Below are positions 20,608 through 30,912 of a stretch of 64,000 nucleotides of DNA, piece after piece; position 1 is the stretch's first letter, and each line of letters starts with the position of its first letter. This DNA comes from Alphaproteobacteria bacterium (GTDB lineage Bacteria; Pseudomonadota; Alphaproteobacteria; SP197). The stretch spans positions 1,280,001 to 1,344,000 of the forward strand of contig OZ219747.1 of NCBI GenBank assembly GCA_964291265.2, in the 5' to 3' direction. The notes beneath the pieces were generated by a model. It ran no database searches and had not been told where the DNA came from. It saw only the letters and a program-made list of their open reading frames with translations. Both the position numbers and the translations under genes were made by a program.

Positions 20608-23226
20608 ATGACCATGGACGTGACACGCCTTGCCGATTACCGGCCCTTTCCCTGGCGCATCGATACCGTCGTTCTTCATGTCGCACTCGATCCCGCCGCG
20701 ACGGTCGTTCATGCCAGGCTGGCCGTCGAGGCGGCGCCAGGTGGCCAACCCCTGAAACTCGATGGGGACAGCCTCACCCTGGACATGGTGGCCATCGACG
20801 ACGTGCCGCTGGCAGCATCGGCCTATCGTCATGACGAGACAGGACTCGTCATCCATGAGCCCCCACGCGTGTTCACCCTTGAAACCCGAACCACCATCGC
20901 ACCGGCCCGCAATGTGGCCCTGGAGGGCCTCTATATGTCCTCGGGAATCTACTGCACGCAGTGCGAGGCCGAGGGGTTTCGCCGCATGACCTTCTTTCCC
21001 GACCGCCCCGACGTGCTCACCACCTACACCGTCGCCATCGATGCCGATCGCGGCAGCTGTCCGGTTCTCCTTTCCAACGGCAATCTGGTGAAGGAACATG
21101 ATCTCGCAGACGGCCGTCACCGCACGGTCTGGCATGATCCGTACCCGAAACCCTCCTATCTCTTCGCCCTGGTTGCCGGGGATCTTGACCGCCTTGAGGA
21201 TACCTTCACCACCGCCTCGGGCCGCGATGTCGACCTGCGGATCTGGAGTGAGCACGGCAACCGGGAAAAGTGTCTCTATGCCATGGATTCCCTCAAGAGG
21301 GCCATGCGCTGGGACGAGGAGAACCACGGTCTGGAGTACGACCTCGACACGTTCAACATTGTCGCCGTCGCGGATTTCAATGCCGGTGCGATGGAGAACA
21401 AGAGTCTCAACATCTTCAATTCCAGCCTGGTTCTCGCCAGTCCTCAGACGGCAACGGACGCAAACTACGAAGCCATCGAGAGTGTCATTGCCCACGAGTA
21501 CTTCCACAACTGGACCGGTGACCGCGTGACCTGCCGCGACTGGTTCCAGCTCTCTCTCAAGGAAGGACTCACCGTCTACCGCGATCAGGAATTCAGTGCT
21601 GACATGAGAAGCCGCCCGGTCAAGCGAATCGATGACGTGCGTCGCCTGCGCGCCGCGCAGTTTCCCGAAGACGCGGGGCCCATGGCCCATCCGGTGCGCC
21701 CGTCGAGCTACGTCGAGATCAACAACTTCTACACGCCGACCGTCTATGAGAAGGGGGCGGAGGTCATCCGCATGATGGAACGCATCCTCGGCAGGGACGG
21801 ATTCCGCAAGGGCATGGATCTCTACATTGACCGCCACGACGGCATGGCGGTGACCTGCGACGATTTCATCGCCGCCATGGCGGATGCCAGCGGGGTCGAT
21901 CTCGGGCACTTCAGCCTGTGGTACAGCCAGGCCGGCACGCCGGAAGTGACCGCCTCGGGTCAGTGGATCGCCGATGAGGCGGTCTATGAGCTCGTTCTCG
22001 AACAGGAAACGCCACCAACGCCGGGTCAGGCAGCCAAGAAGGCCCTCCGCATTCCCTTTGAAGTCGGTCTCGTCGGTCCGAACGGCAACGACATGGAGGT
22101 CACCCTCGAAGGCCGGAGCGCCACGAGCCATGTCCTCGACCTCGATCTTCCCTCCCGGACCTTCCGTTTCGAAGGTGTCGGAGCCCGTCCCGTCCTGTCG
22201 CTCAACCGGGGCTTCACGGCACCGGTGCGCGTCGCGTCCGATATCGATGATGCCGGCCTGGCCTTCCTCATGGCCCACGACAGCGATTCCTTTGCCCGCT
22301 GGGAGGCGGGTCAGAGTTACGCAACGCGCCTGCTTCTCGCCATGATCGCGACCATTCGCCAGGGCGGCACTCCGGCAACCGACGAGCGCTGGCTCGAGGC
22401 CATGTCGACGACCATCGGCGATTCGTCCCTCGATCCCGCGTTCAAGGCCCGTGCGCTCGCACTCCCCGGTGAATCCTGGCTCGCCGATCAGATGAAAACG
22501 GTGGATGTCGAAGCCATCCATGAGGCGAGGGAGGCCATGAGGCTGGCGGCGGCGAACCGCTTCCCCGGCAGCTGGAGAGCACTGATCGAAGGTGACGACG
22601 AACCCTACAGTCCCGGCGGCGAACAGGCCGGCAGGCGTGCGCTCAAGGGCGTGGCCCTGTCCTACTGTGCCGCGCCCGGTGACGCGGAGGCGGTCTCTCT
22701 CGTCACCGGGGTCTACGCCGGCGCCGGCAACATGACCGACCGCCTTGCCGCGCTGTCGCTGATCGCCGCCATCGACACGCCACACCGCGACACATGCCTC
22801 GCGGATTTTCGCGACCGGTTTCGTGACGATGACCTGGTCATGGACAAGTGGCTGGGCGTTCAGGCGTCGTCGCCGCTCGATGATACGCTCTCCAGGGTCC
22901 GTGACCTGCTCGCCCACGAGGTCTTCAGCCCGGAGAAGCCCAACAAGGTCTTCGCCCTCATCGGCGGTTTCGCGATGGCCAATCCCCTGAACTTCCATCG
23001 TCGCGACGGGTCGGGCTACCGCTTTGTCGCGGACCGGTTGGTGGAACTGGACGATGTCAATCCCCAGGTGGCGGCGCGGATCATCAACCCGCTCATGCGC
23101 TGGCGTCGCCAGGACAGTGATCGGCAGGCGCTCATGCGCCATGAACTGGAGCGAATAGGCGCGAAGCAGAACCTGTCGTCCGACCTTGGCGAGAAGATCA
23201 CGAAGTCCCTGGAGCAGGAGGAATAG
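20608..23226 (+). CDS. pepN: Aminopeptidase N (M1)
   Basis: TQCEAEGFRR, GAMEN, HEYFHNW...KEG, YEKGAEV motifs. Confidence 0.97.
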   Translation: MTMDVTRLADYRPFPWRIDTVVLHVALDPAATVVHARLAVEAAPGGQPLKLDGDSLTLDMVAIDDVPLAASAYRHDETGLVIHEPPRVFTLETRTTIAPARNVALEGLYMSSGIYCTQCEAEGFRRMTFFPDRPDVLTTYTVAIDADRGSCPVLLSNGNLVKEHDLADGRHRTVWHDPYPKPSYLFALVAGDLDRLEDTFTTASGRDVDLRIWSEHGNREKCLYAMDSLKRAMRWDEENHGLEYDLDTFNIVAVADFNAGAMENKSLNIFNSSLVLASPQTATDANYEAIESVIAHEYFHNWTGDRVTCRDWFQLSLKEGLTVYRDQEFSADMRSRPVKRIDDVRRLRAAQFPEDAGPMAHPVRPSSYVEINNFYTPTVYEKGAEVIRMMERILGRDGFRKGMDLYIDRHDGMAVTCDDFIAAMADASGVDLGHFSLWYSQAGTPEVTASGQWIADEAVYELVLEQETPPTPGQAAKKALRIPFEVGLVGPNGNDMEVTLEGRSATSHVLDLDLPSRTFRFEGVGARPVLSLNRGFTAPVRVASDIDDAGLAFLMAHDSDSFARWEAGQSYATRLLLAMIATIRQGGTPATDERWLEAMSTTIGDSSLDPAFKARALALPGESWLADQMKTVDVEAIHEAREAMRLAAANRFPGSWRALIEGDDEPYSPGGEQAGRRALKGVALSYCAAPGDAEAVSLVTGVYAGAGNMTDRLAALSLIAAIDTPHRDTCLADFRDRFRDDDLVMDKWLGVQASSPLDDTLSRVRDLLAHEVFSPEKPNKVFALIGGFAMANPLNFHRRDGSGYRFVADRLVELDDVNPQVAARIINPLMRWRRQDSDRQALMRHELERIGAKQNLSSDLGEKITKSLEQEE

Positions 23227-23230
23227 GAGC

Positions 23231-24040
23231 GTGCCCCACGTCACCACCTCCGGCGCTTCGCTGTGGTATGAGCAGACCGGTTCCGGTCATGACATCGTCT
23301 GGCTTCCCGGCGGGGATCAGCGCGGTTCGGCGATGAGATGGCAGGTGGAGGGATTCCCGGACTTTCGCAACACGACGATGGATCCCCGCGGCGTCGGCGA
23401 AACCACGTCCTTCGAAGGTCCGCCGTGGTCCATTCTCGACATGGCGCGCGACTGCGCCGAACTGATCGAGGCGCGCTGTTCGCCCCCCGTGGTGGCGGCA
23501 GGACTCTCCATGGGTTCCCTCATCGTCCAGGAACTGGCGATCAACTGGCCGCACCTCGTGCGCCTTGCCATCCCCATGGGGACCTTTGCCGTGTCGGAAG
23601 GATTTTCCCGGGAGTGGATGGAGGCAGAGATCCGTTATCGCCGCACGCGCGGCGACCTGCCGTTCGACTTTGCCGTCACGCACTACGCGGTCTTCATGTA
23701 TCCACCTGAAGTGCTGGATGATCCGCAACTCTGGGCGCGTCTGCGGGGGGTCACGGAAGCGGCCTACGGAGAACGGGACGGCGCCATGCTCGATGCCCAG
23801 TGGCAGGCGTGCTGCGAGTTCGACACGACGGCAAGACTCCCGCTGTGCGAGGTCCCGGTCCACGTCATCGGTTTCGGACTCGACATGCAGGCGCCGCCCT
23901 CCCTGGGCCGCAAGTGCGCCGCGCTGGCGGCCAACGGCCACTATTATCACCTCGAGGGCCTCAGTCACCTTTCTCTCTGTGGCCACCGCCACGAGGTGGT
24001 GAACGCCACCATCCGCGCCATCATCGAAGGCCATGGGTGA
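23231..24040 (+). CDS. Alpha/beta hydrolase
   Basis: DPRGVG, GLSMG nucleophile elbow; RBS AGGAG before the GTG. Confidence 0.85.
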   Translation: MPHVTTSGASLWYEQTGSGHDIVWLPGGDQRGSAMRWQVEGFPDFRNTTMDPRGVGETTSFEGPPWSILDMARDCAELIEARCSPPVVAAGLSMGSLIVQELAINWPHLVRLAIPMGTFAVSEGFSREWMEAEIRYRRTRGDLPFDFAVTHYAVFMYPPEVLDDPQLWARLRGVTEAAYGERDGAMLDAQWQACCEFDTTARLPLCEVPVHVIGFGLDMQAPPSLGRKCAALAANGHYYHLEGLSHLSLCGHRHEVVNATIRAIIEGHG

Positions 24041-24810
24041 CGCCCGTCACCCGTTGCCGACGGGAGCGAGCGTATCGACATCGCCGCCTGACATCCGATG
24101 GCGGGGGCTTCCCGACCCGCCACGGCGCTCAGGCAGGCGCTGGAAACCCTGGCGAAGATCGCCTTCAGGGTCCCGTGGGCTGCCGATCCCGATCTGTGCC
24201 CCGATGCCCTGGTCAGCGCTCGCTGCCTGCACGAGGCGGGGGGCGGTCTGCGCAAGGCCGCTCGGGCGCGAGCGGCCATGGCAGGACAAGGCACGTCCGG
24301 CTTGTCGGACAAGGGTGAAGCGGCGGCCATCACGTCAACGCCTGCATGCCGGGTGGCCGGGCGTTTGCGGTCGCCCGATCCGACATGTTCGACACCTTGG
24401 AATCCGCTTGGCCGGCAGTCGTCGTTGACGCGGCGCCGGGCGACGGGGACGATGCGATGACAAGGGCACGCGAAGCGTTCTGAACTGTTGTGGTCGGGCC
24501 GACTGCAAGCCCACGCTGATTCGCTTCGGGCTGTTGGCCGAACGCCACATCAACGGGCCGGTTGCCCGTGAAGACGCGGTGACCACAGGGGCCACGACTT
24601 CCTCGCAGGCGGTGTTGACAAGGAATTCACATGACTGCGTGATCTCGTCGACAATGACCTGACGGCAGCGGCCTCGCTGCCTGTCATGAAGGCGGTTCCT
24701 TGAGGGAGCGGCCTGCGTTGGAGAGGCAGAACGGCCGATCGCCGGACGTTCTGCGCTGGATGTCGGGCCGCTTTGAGCAGGCGGTTCACCGCTGAGGGAG
24801 AGTCGCATCC

Positions 24811-25848
24811 ATGAAGTGGTCGAAGACGCTGACGATGGTCGAGGCCCATGCTGAAGGAGAGGTTGGCCGCGTCGTAACCGGAGGCTTTGTGAATGTTCCC
24901 GGCGAAACGATGGCTGCCAAGCTCGATCATCTCAACCGGGTCGACGACAGCATTCGCCGATTCTGCGTGTTCGAACCTCGTGGCTGCGCCCAAATGAGCA
25001 CGAATCTCGTCCTTCCCGCGACACGCCCCGATGCCGATGTCGGTTTCGTCGTCCTTCAGGGCGACAAGGCACACGCCATGTCGGGCTCGAATGCCATTTG
25101 TGTCACGACGGTCCTGCTGGAGACGGGCGCCGTGCCGATGACGGAGCCGGAAACGGTGGTGCGCCTCGACACGGCCGTTGGATTGGTTGCCGCACGCGCC
25201 GCGTGCCGAGACGGCAAGTGCGAGCGTGTCACACTCGACATGCCGTCGGCCTTTGTCGAGGACCTGGATGTCGGACTCGACGTACCGGAACTCGGCCCGG
25301 TCACGGTCGACATTGCCTTCGGCGGAATCTACTACGCCCTGATCGACCCCCGACAACTTGGCCTTTCGATCGCACCGGATCAGGGACGCGCGCTGGTGGA
25401 CGCCGGATCGAGGATCCATCGCGCCGTCAATGCCACTCTCTCGTTCCGTCATCCGGAAGTCCCGTCCCTGAATGCCCTGTCCTACGTCATGTTCGCCGAC
25501 ACGCTTGACGACGGCACACTGATCGGCGCGACAGTCATGCCGCCGGGGCGCCTGGACCGGTCGCCGTGCGGAACGGGCAACGCCGCCCGCCTGGCCGTGC
25601 GTGCGGCCCGCAACCAGACCCGTCCCGGTGATGTCGTCACGGCGCGATCGATCATCAACAGCGCGTTCAGCGTCGAGTTCCTGGGCCCGGCGCAGGTCGG
25701 TCCGAAACCGGCGATACGCGCCCGGATTTCCGGACGCGGGTGGATCCATGGAGTTCACCAGATCGGACTGGATCCGAGCGATCCGTTTCCGAACGGCTTT
25801 CTCCTCTCGGACACCTGGGGCGATGCCTTCGACCTTCTCGTATCCTGA
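24811..25848 (+). CDS. Proline racemase family protein (Ser/Cys catalytic dyad)
   Basis: HAEGEVGR, EPRG, MSGSN and DRSPCGTG motifs. Confidence 0.92.
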   Translation: MKWSKTLTMVEAHAEGEVGRVVTGGFVNVPGETMAAKLDHLNRVDDSIRRFCVFEPRGCAQMSTNLVLPATRPDADVGFVVLQGDKAHAMSGSNAICVTTVLLETGAVPMTEPETVVRLDTAVGLVAARAACRDGKCERVTLDMPSAFVEDLDVGLDVPELGPVTVDIAFGGIYYALIDPRQLGLSIAPDQGRALVDAGSRIHRAVNATLSFRHPEVPSLNALSYVMFADTLDDGTLIGATVMPPGRLDRSPCGTGNAARLAVRAARNQTRPGDVVTARSIINSAFSVEFLGPAQVGPKPAIRARISGRGWIHGVHQIGLDPSDPFPNGFLLSDTWGDAFDLLVS

Positions 25849-26037
25849 ACGCGCGGTTTGCTGGACCAGTCAAGTCCGCGTCGTCGGCAGCCGAGAAGAC
25901 GGACGTCCGCCCACGACACTTGTTTCGGGCGTTCGACGACCAGCCGGCTGCACGCCTCCCCAGACTTGATGTTGATGGCTGCATAGAACGGCGGGATTTC
26001 GGCGATTTGCCGCGCTTTGTCAGGGTCGTGTTTCTTC

Positions 26038-26129
26038 CCTGTTGTCAGGTCCTATTGTCACGTCCTGTTGTCGTGGGTTCAGTGTTCGGTTGATTGTCTC
26101 ACCGAGCGTCGCCGTCTTTTCCTATTGTC
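26038..26129 (+). repeat. Subterminal CCTRTTGTC repeats: three at a 13-bp period plus one
   Basis: Copies at 26038, 26051, 26064 and 26121; related inverted copies near the right end at 31144-31166. Confidence 0.75.
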
Positions 26130-26400
26130 GTTTTGGTCCGGTTCGGGTTGTTCCGTCGGCCTCTGCTTCGGTCTTGGTGAGGGTTGCCGGGAGGGTTCCG
26201 GTTCCGAGGCACTCGCGGGATCGTCTGTTTTCCCTGTGGTCTGGGTCGCGTTGTCCGGTCCCGGGGCGGCGACTTTGCCGCCGCCCCGGGTGGATGCTAG
26301 ATCGGCATCGAAAGAAAGAGCGATGCGATGCCGGGCAGAGTTGTGATGACGACCCCCGGCGCAGCACCCGGACGAGCCGGTCACGGGGGACCGAACTCCC

Positions 26401-26931
26401 GTGTATTGTCGAGCCATTTTGCGTCCGGGTCCACCCCCGCTCTCGAGACGGATCGTGTGCACGACGGGACGACTGTTCAACTGCAAGCGGTGTCAGCGGC
26501 AGGTTGTTCTCTGCCGGTCGTGTGACCGGGGGCATGTGTATTGCTCCGATGAGTGCAGGGAGCGGTCCCGGATCGAGCGGCGCCGCGCGTCGCGTCGTCG
26601 CTACCAGAGCACGCTGAGGGGCCGTGAGACGGGCCGTCACCGCCAGCGGCGTTACCGGCTCCGCAAGGCGGAGGAGGCGCGTGCGTTGAAGGCCAGGGCG
26701 GCGATGCTTGCCGAGATCATGGGCACGCAGACGTCTGCTGTGGTGCTGCTTGGCGACGTTCCGGCGGTGTCTGGAGACGCCGGTTCCGAAGAAATCGTTA
26801 CGGACCACCCTTCCCGACTGCTGCCGACCTCCCTACCTGCGGTTGTGAAGGCGCAAGAGCGACGCGAATCGCCGCTTCGGTGCGCCCGTTGCGGACGGGT
26901 CGTGACGCATGTGGTGCTGAGGGACCCGTGA
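26401..26931 (+). CDS. Cys-rich, Arg-rich putative Zn-binding nucleic-acid-binding protein of the IS21 element (start uncertain)
   Basis: CKRC...CRSCDRGHVYCSDEC, a basic helix RRYQS...HRQRRYR and a C-terminal CARC. Confidence 0.75.
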   Translation: MYCRAILRPGPPPLSRRIVCTTGRLFNCKRCQRQVVLCRSCDRGHVYCSDECRERSRIERRRASRRRYQSTLRGRETGRHRQRRYRLRKAEEARALKARAAMLAEIMGTQTSAVVLLGDVPAVSGDAGSEEIVTDHPSRLLPTSLPAVVKAQERRESPLRCARCGRVVTHVVLRDP

Positions 26932-26963
26932 TGCGGCGTTGAGGAACCAGAGGGAGGGAGTTC

Positions 26964-28457
26964 ATGGCGATCGACGAGGACACGCGGGCGACGATCGTGC
27001 GGCTGTCGCGGGCCGAGGGCTGGGCTGTGGGGACGATTGCCCGGCATCTCGGCGTGCACCACGGCACGGTGACGCGGGCGCTCAAGGCGTCGGGGCAGGA
27101 GCGGCGGCCGCGGGCCAAGCTCATCGACCCCTTCGTTGCCTTCCTCGGGGAGCGTCTTGAGGCGTCGCCGGACCTTCCGGCCAGCACGCTCTGGCGACAG
27201 GTCGTGGCTCTGGGCTACCGCGGCGGCGAGGATCACTTCCGTCACGACCTGCGCCGCCTCGGGCTGAGGCCGGTGAAGAGGCCCGAGCCGTCGCTGCGGC
27301 TGAGCTTCCTTCCGGGCGAGCAGGCGCAGGTTGACTGGGCCGAGTTCGGGAAGGTCCGCATCGGCCGGGCGGAGCGCAGGCTCATGGGGCTTCTCGTCAC
27401 CCTCAGCTACTCGCGCCAGACTGTCCTGAGCCTGTTCCACGACGCGCGGATGGCCAGCTTCCTGCAAGGCCATGTCGAGGCTTTCGCGGCATTCGGGGGT
27501 GTGCCGCGGAGGCTTCTGTACGACAACCTGAAGAGTGCCGTGGTGACGCGCCGCGGCAAGGCGGTCACCTATCATCCGATGCTGCTCGGCCTCGCGGCCC
27601 ACTATGCCTTCGAACCGAGCGCCGCCTGGCCCAGGAGCCCGCAGGAGAAGGGCCGCGTGGAACGCCGTGTGCGCTTCGCGCGCACCGGGTTCTTCGCCGG
27701 GCGCGACATCACGGTCCCGCTCGGCGAGCTCAACGCCGCGGTTCGGGAGTGGTGCTTCGGCGCCGCCGCGGAGCGGCCCTGGCCGGACGACGACAGTCTC
27801 CTGGTGCGGGACGCCTTCGCCCGGGAGAGGGAGCACCTGATCGTCCTTCCCGTCGACCCCTTCCCGCATCACGAGGTCCGCCCGGTGCGCATCGACAAGA
27901 CCTGCCACGCCCGCTTCGACACCAACGACTACAGCGTTCCGGGTAGCTTCTCCAAGGCCCTGCTGACGCTGGTCGCCGACCGCGACGAGGTTCGCATCCT
28001 CGACGGCGCCGACGAGGTCGCGCGCCACCGACGCTCCTACGACAGGAAGCAGGCCGTCACCGATCCGGAGCATGCCAGGGCGATCGCCGCGGGCAAGCGG
28101 CGGGCCCGCTCCATGAGCGTCCGCGACCGGGTCCTGCGCACCGTGCCGCGGGCCGAGGAGATGCTGGCGCGCGCCGGGACCAACGGGCGCAACGTGGCCT
28201 CCTGCGCCCGGATGCTGGAGACGCTTCTCAACGCGCACGGCGCCGACGCTCTCGACCGGGCTGTCGCCACGGCGCTGGAGCGCGGCTCGTGCCACCCCGA
28301 AACCGTGCGCGTCATCATCGAGGAGCGCCGCCGGGAGCAGGGCCTGCCGCCCCTCAGCATCGCCGACGACGGCCGCGGCGGCCGTGGCACGACGCCGCGG
28401 GGGACCGCTCTCGACGCCTACGACAGGCCCGAAGCCAGCGCCAGGAACAAGACATGA
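26964..28457 (+). CDS. istA: IS21-family transposase IstA
   Basis: N-terminal HTH; DDE motifs PGEQAQVDW, LYDNLK, PQEKGRVER; C-terminal NDYSVP beta domain. Confidence 0.96.
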   Translation: MAIDEDTRATIVRLSRAEGWAVGTIARHLGVHHGTVTRALKASGQERRPRAKLIDPFVAFLGERLEASPDLPASTLWRQVVALGYRGGEDHFRHDLRRLGLRPVKRPEPSLRLSFLPGEQAQVDWAEFGKVRIGRAERRLMGLLVTLSYSRQTVLSLFHDARMASFLQGHVEAFAAFGGVPRRLLYDNLKSAVVTRRGKAVTYHPMLLGLAAHYAFEPSAAWPRSPQEKGRVERRVRFARTGFFAGRDITVPLGELNAAVREWCFGAAAERPWPDDDSLLVRDAFAREREHLIVLPVDPFPHHEVRPVRIDKTCHARFDTNDYSVPGSFSKALLTLVADRDEVRILDGADEVARHRRSYDRKQAVTDPEHARAIAAGKRRARSMSVRDRVLRTVPRAEEMLARAGTNGRNVASCARMLETLLNAHGADALDRAVATALERGSCHPETVRVIIEERRREQGLPPLSIADDGRGGRGTTPRGTALDAYDRPEASARNKT

Positions 28458-29155
28458 GCGAGCTCAGGGAGCGTGCCCGGGCGCTCGGCCTCCACGGGCT
28501 CGTCGAACGCTGGGACGAGGTCGCCGGGACCGCATGGATCGAGGAGGTGGTCAGCGGCGAGGAACAGGCCCGCAGGGCCCGCAGCCACGAGCGCCGCCGC
28601 GCCGCGGCGCGGCTGCCCGCCTTCAAGCCCCTGGCGGACTTCGACTGGACATGGCCGCGCGACATCAGCCGGGCTCATGTCGAAGCGCTCCTCGGCCTCG
28701 GCTTCGTCGACCGTGCGGACAACGCCGTGCTCGTCGGCGGGCAGGGCACCGGAAAGACCATGATCGCCGCCAACGTGGCGCACCAGGCCCTGCTGCACGG
28801 CCACACCGTCCGCTTCGAGAAGGCGCCGGAACTGCTCGAGGCACTCGCCGAGACCGTCTCGCGCAGCGAGCTGCGCCGCCGCCTCGCGATCCTCGCCAGG
28901 CCCCGCCTGCTCGTCCTCGACGAAATCGGCTACGTGACCCTCGAAAGCCACCATGCCGACATCCTCTACGCCATCGTCTCGCGGCGCTATCAGCGCCGCT
29001 CGACCATGGTCACGACAAGCCTCGCCTTCGCCCAGTGGGACCGCGTCTTCCCCAGCGCCTCCGGCATCGCCGGCACCGTCGACCGGCTCATGCACGACGC
29101 AACCCTCATCTCCATCGACAGCGACTCCTGGCGGCTCAGGCGTGAAACCCGATAA
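28454..29155 (+). CDS. istB: IS21 helper AAA+ ATPase IstB
   Basis: DFDW, Walker A GGQGTGKT, Walker B LLVLDEIGY, RY, DRLMH, SWR; ATGA overlap with istA. Confidence 0.95.
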   Translation: MSELRERARALGLHGLVERWDEVAGTAWIEEVVSGEEQARRARSHERRRAAARLPAFKPLADFDWTWPRDISRAHVEALLGLGFVDRADNAVLVGGQGTGKTMIAANVAHQALLHGHTVRFEKAPELLEALAETVSRSELRRRLAILARPRLLVLDEIGYVTLESHHADILYAIVSRRYQRRSTMVTTSLAFAQWDRVFPSASGIAGTVDRLMHDATLISIDSDSWRLRRETR

Positions 29156-30035
29156 ACCCCGCCGCGTCGACTTCGACGCCGTCAAGCGCATGCCGTTCGA
29201 ACGCATCGCCGCCGACTGGGGATACGTCCGCGACGAACAGGCCTCGACACGCGCCAACCCCGTCCTGTGCGCACCCGGCCTGCCGAAGCTCGTCACGAAG
29301 TGCCTCAACAACGGACACTGGGTCTACTTCAACACCCAGAACGATGAAGACAACGGAACCGTCATCGACTTCATGCTCAACCGCGGACTGGCCTTCGCCG
29401 ACATCTGCACCCGCTTCGCAGCACCCGACGCCGCGCCACGCGACTTCCGCAGCCTCTGGGCCGCGGCAACGCCCGATGCGGCCCCGGACTGGCTCACCGG
29501 GCGCGGCATCCTCCCGGAGACCCTCGACACCTGCCGCCCCCTGGTCCGCCGCGACCACAACGGACGCGTCCTCTTCGCCCATCGCAACAGGAAGCGAAAG
29601 CTCACCGGCTTCGAGATCGGTCCCCCCGACGGACCGAAACGCTTCGCCACCGGTGGAACCCGAAGCCTGTTCGCCGTCCGCGCCGGAACCGCCGCGGACC
29701 TCGAGGCCCTCGTCATCACCGAAAGCGCCGTCGACGCCCTCAGCCTGGCCCAGATCGACCAATGTCCCCCCAGCCACGCCTTCCTCTCCACCGCCGGGGC
29801 ACCCTCGCGAAGACAGCACGAACAGATCAGCCTCGCCGCAAGCAGCCTGCCCAACGTCAGGACCATCGTCCTCGCCCAGGACCACGACGAGGCCGGAGAG
29901 CGACAGGCCGAAACCCTGCGCAAAAAGATGAAGCTCCCCTCCCACGTCTCGTTCCACAGACGCAGACCGCCGGAAAACGCCGACTGGAACGACGTCGTCA
30001 ACGCCAGGACCAAAGAACCACAAGCGAGATCATGA
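29142..30035 (+). CDS. Toprim-domain primase-like protein (DUF3991+Toprim architecture)
   Basis: DNGTVIDF, WLTGRGI, GFE, ITESAVDALS (Toprim E), AQDHDEAG (DxD), DWND; the GTG start overlaps the istB stop. Confidence 0.85.
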   Translation: MKPDKPRRVDFDAVKRMPFERIAADWGYVRDEQASTRANPVLCAPGLPKLVTKCLNNGHWVYFNTQNDEDNGTVIDFMLNRGLAFADICTRFAAPDAAPRDFRSLWAAATPDAAPDWLTGRGILPETLDTCRPLVRRDHNGRVLFAHRNRKRKLTGFEIGPPDGPKRFATGGTRSLFAVRAGTAADLEALVITESAVDALSLAQIDQCPPSHAFLSTAGAPSRRQHEQISLAASSLPNVRTIVLAQDHDEAGERQAETLRKKMKLPSHVSFHRRRPPENADWNDVVNARTKEPQARS

Positions 30036-30061
30036 CCACGTCCGTCACAAGGAGACCACTC

Positions 30062-30352
30062 ATGCCCCTCACGCCCGCCGAAAAGCAGCGGCGATACCGG
30101 GAACGGCGCAAGGCCGGCATCCCTCCCGTCCACACCCCAAAGCATCGTGACCGGCGCTCGCGACCGCAACGCTGGAACGACGCCGTGGCCGAACTGCGCG
30201 CCCTGCAGGACGAATGGCGTGACCGCCTCGACAGCATCCCCGAAAGCCTCCGTGACACGCCTTACGGAGAACGCCTGCAGAGCGTCGCCGATGCCGACAT
30301 CGAGGCCCTCGAGGACATCGAACCGCCACGCGGCTACGGAAGGGATACGTGA
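30062..30352 (+). CDS. Small hypothetical protein (LTPAEKQRRYR ... PPRGYGRD)
   Basis: RBS AGGAG at about 30050; alternative ATG at 30032 overlapping the primase stop; basic N-terminus followed by a helical acidic domain. Confidence 0.75.
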   Translation: MPLTPAEKQRRYRERRKAGIPPVHTPKHRDRRSRPQRWNDAVAELRALQDEWRDRLDSIPESLRDTPYGERLQSVADADIEALEDIEPPRGYGRDT

Positions 30353-30912
30353 TCCCGCAAGACCCTTGAACGCGGTCACGCGTTACCATCCAGGAATGAG
30401 AACGTCTCACCCCGACGCGCTTCTCAGCCTCCCCGGGGAAACCCCCGGGCCGTCCAAACGACACCGCATCACGAGACTGCCGCAGCCGCTGGCCGGACTG
30501 GCTTACAGGTCGCAGCATCCGCCCGAAAACACTCGACGCCTGCCGCACCCTGCAGGACGAATGGCGTGACCGCCTCGACAGCATCCCCGAAAGCCTCCGT
30601 GACACGCCTTACGGAGAACGCCTGCAGAGCGTCGCCGATGCCGACATCGAGGCCCTCGAGGACATCGAACCGCCACGCGGCTACGGAAGGGATACGTGAT
30701 CCCGCAAGACCCTTGAACGCGGTCACGCGTTACCATCCAGGAATGAGAACGTCTCACCCCGACGCGCCTCTCAGCCTCCCCGGGAAACACCCGGGCCGTC
30801 CAAACGACACCGCATCACGAGACTGCCGCAGCCGCTGAGCCGCAGCAACGCCCGATCCGCCGCCGGACTGGCTCACAGGTCGCAGCATCCGCCCGAAAAC
30901 ACTCGACGCCTG
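30201..30912 (+). repeat. Near-identical tandem duplication of about 350 bp
   Basis: CCCTGCAGGACGAATGG... starts at both 30201 and 30548; junction microhomology GC(G/A)CCCTGC; the first copy lacks about 20 nt present in the second. Confidence 0.92.

Noticed and set aside
20503-23247. Long antisense ORFs (for example 914 aa opposite pepN, 728 aa opposite hydantoinase A, 620 aa opposite the molybdopterin enzyme)
   Set aside because: These are shadow ORFs of high-GC codon usage with no recognisable motifs.
26038-26129. CRISPR array or guide RNA for the IS21 element
   Set aside because: The repeats are 9 bp at a 13-bp period with no spacers, and no cas or tnpB gene is present.
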